Shown piece after piece: positions 63,214 through 64,000 of a stretch of 64,000 nt of DNA. This DNA comes from Escherichia coli O157:H7. GTDB lineage: Bacteria; Pseudomonadota; Gammaproteobacteria; Enterobacterales; Enterobacteriaceae. Made by a program: the position numbers and the translations under genes. Positions within the stretch are counted from its first letter, which is position 1. Each line of letters begins with the position of its first letter. The notes beneath the pieces were generated by a model. That model worked only from the letters and a program-made list of their open reading frames with translations. It searched no databases and had not been told where the DNA came from. The stretch is from the NCBI RefSeq assembly GCF_013167455.1, contig NZ_CP038328.1, one strand, 5' to 3'.

Positions 63214-63636
63214 CTAACGGCGATCGAGAGAAATTGCCCCCGGCCCGGTAATTGCCAATAGCAAGAACGCGCCAGCGATACTGACATTCTTCCAGAAATT
63301 AATCATATTTGGCCCGACGGCATCGCCGGTCATATCCCAGTAATGGTGACCAATCACCGCCGTACCCAGCGTGTAGAAAATAAACAGTACCGCCAGCGGA
63401 CGGGTGAAAAAGCCAAGCACGATTAATATCGCGGCGGGCACTTCCATAACTACCGCAATAATCGCTGCCAGCATCGGCATCGGTGCGCCCAGCGAGGCCA
63501 TATATTGGACCGTACCGTCAAAGCCCATCATTTTGGGAAAACCAAAAATAATGAAAATTAGGACCACGGCGATACGGGCAATTAATAACAAAACGGGGCG
63601 GGCAGCACCAAAATCAAAATAACGTAGTGAGTTCAT
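63214..63636 (-). CDS. yphA: DoxX-family inner-membrane protein YphA, 140 aa
   Basis: Four TM helices. The start [14 protein letters not shown] gives 140 aa, and the track ORF is 15 codons longer. Confidence 0.88.
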   Translation of the reverse strand: MNSLRYFDFGAARPVLLLIARIAVVLIFIIFGFPKMMGFDGTVQYMASLGAPMPMLAAIIAVVMEVPAAILIVLGFFTRPLAVLFIFYTLGTAVIGHHYWDMTGDAVGPNMINFWKNVSIAGAFLLLAITGPGAISLDRR

Positions 63637-63732
63637 AACCAATCCCTTTGCAAGATAATGTGATTTAAACGTAATACACACTCTGGTACCTCGCCACGCC
63701 CCAGGCGTTGAGATATTCGCTAATTATCCTGG

Positions 63733-64000
<268 letters not shown>

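Overview
The window is ordinary, densely packed Escherichia coli core chromosome. By recollection it is collinear with K-12 MG1655 at roughly 2.67-2.74 Mb, read in reverse orientation. Gene order is raiA'-bamD-rluD-pgeF(yfiH)-clpB-rrnG operon (16S, tRNA-Glu gltW, 23S, 5S)-kgtP-yfiM-pssA-patZ(yfiQ)-tapT(yfiP)-trxC-yfiF-ung-grcA-eamB-yfiE-srmB-trmN(yfiC)-nadB-rseD-rpoE-rseABC-lepAB-rnc-era-recO-pdxJ-acpS-ohsC/shoB-yfhL-yfhH-pgpC-tadA-mltF-purL-glmY-glrK-qseG-glrR-glnB-hmp-glyA-yphHGFEDCBA-'hcaD. Every ORF of meaningful length is accounted for by a recognisable housekeeping or y-gene, and the protein lengths equal the K-12 lengths I remember. Every intergenic gap over 300 bp is explained by rrn promoters, the nadB/rpoE control region, the shoB-ohsC type I toxin-antitoxin locus, the GlmY sRNA module or the hmp/glyA control region. 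I see no CRISPR array, IS element, transposon, integrase, prophage remnant, defence island or compositionally foreign insert. I therefore do not claim a new multi-gene system here. Items the ORF track misses: truncated raiA and hcaD at the two edges, the small proteins RseD (51 aa) and ShoB (26 aa), the sRNAs GlmY and OhsC, and many operators, promoters and terminators. The sequence is not K-12 identical. yphC carries an in-frame amber codon (pseudogene), and rseA is 12 nt shorter than the 216-codon K-12 allele. Modest second-look items are listed below.
- A 20-codon mini-ORF with a consensus Shine-Dalgarno between rrnG and kgtP.
- An 18-codon uORF overlapping the pssA start by TGATG.
- An 11-bp long-range inverted repeat bracketing the glrK-qseG spacer.
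- A terminator-like hairpin between the two FNR sites of grcA.
- The functionally unassigned yph sugar-type locus.
Many ORF-track starts are upstream in-frame extensions. I give the starts that reproduce the known protein lengths.
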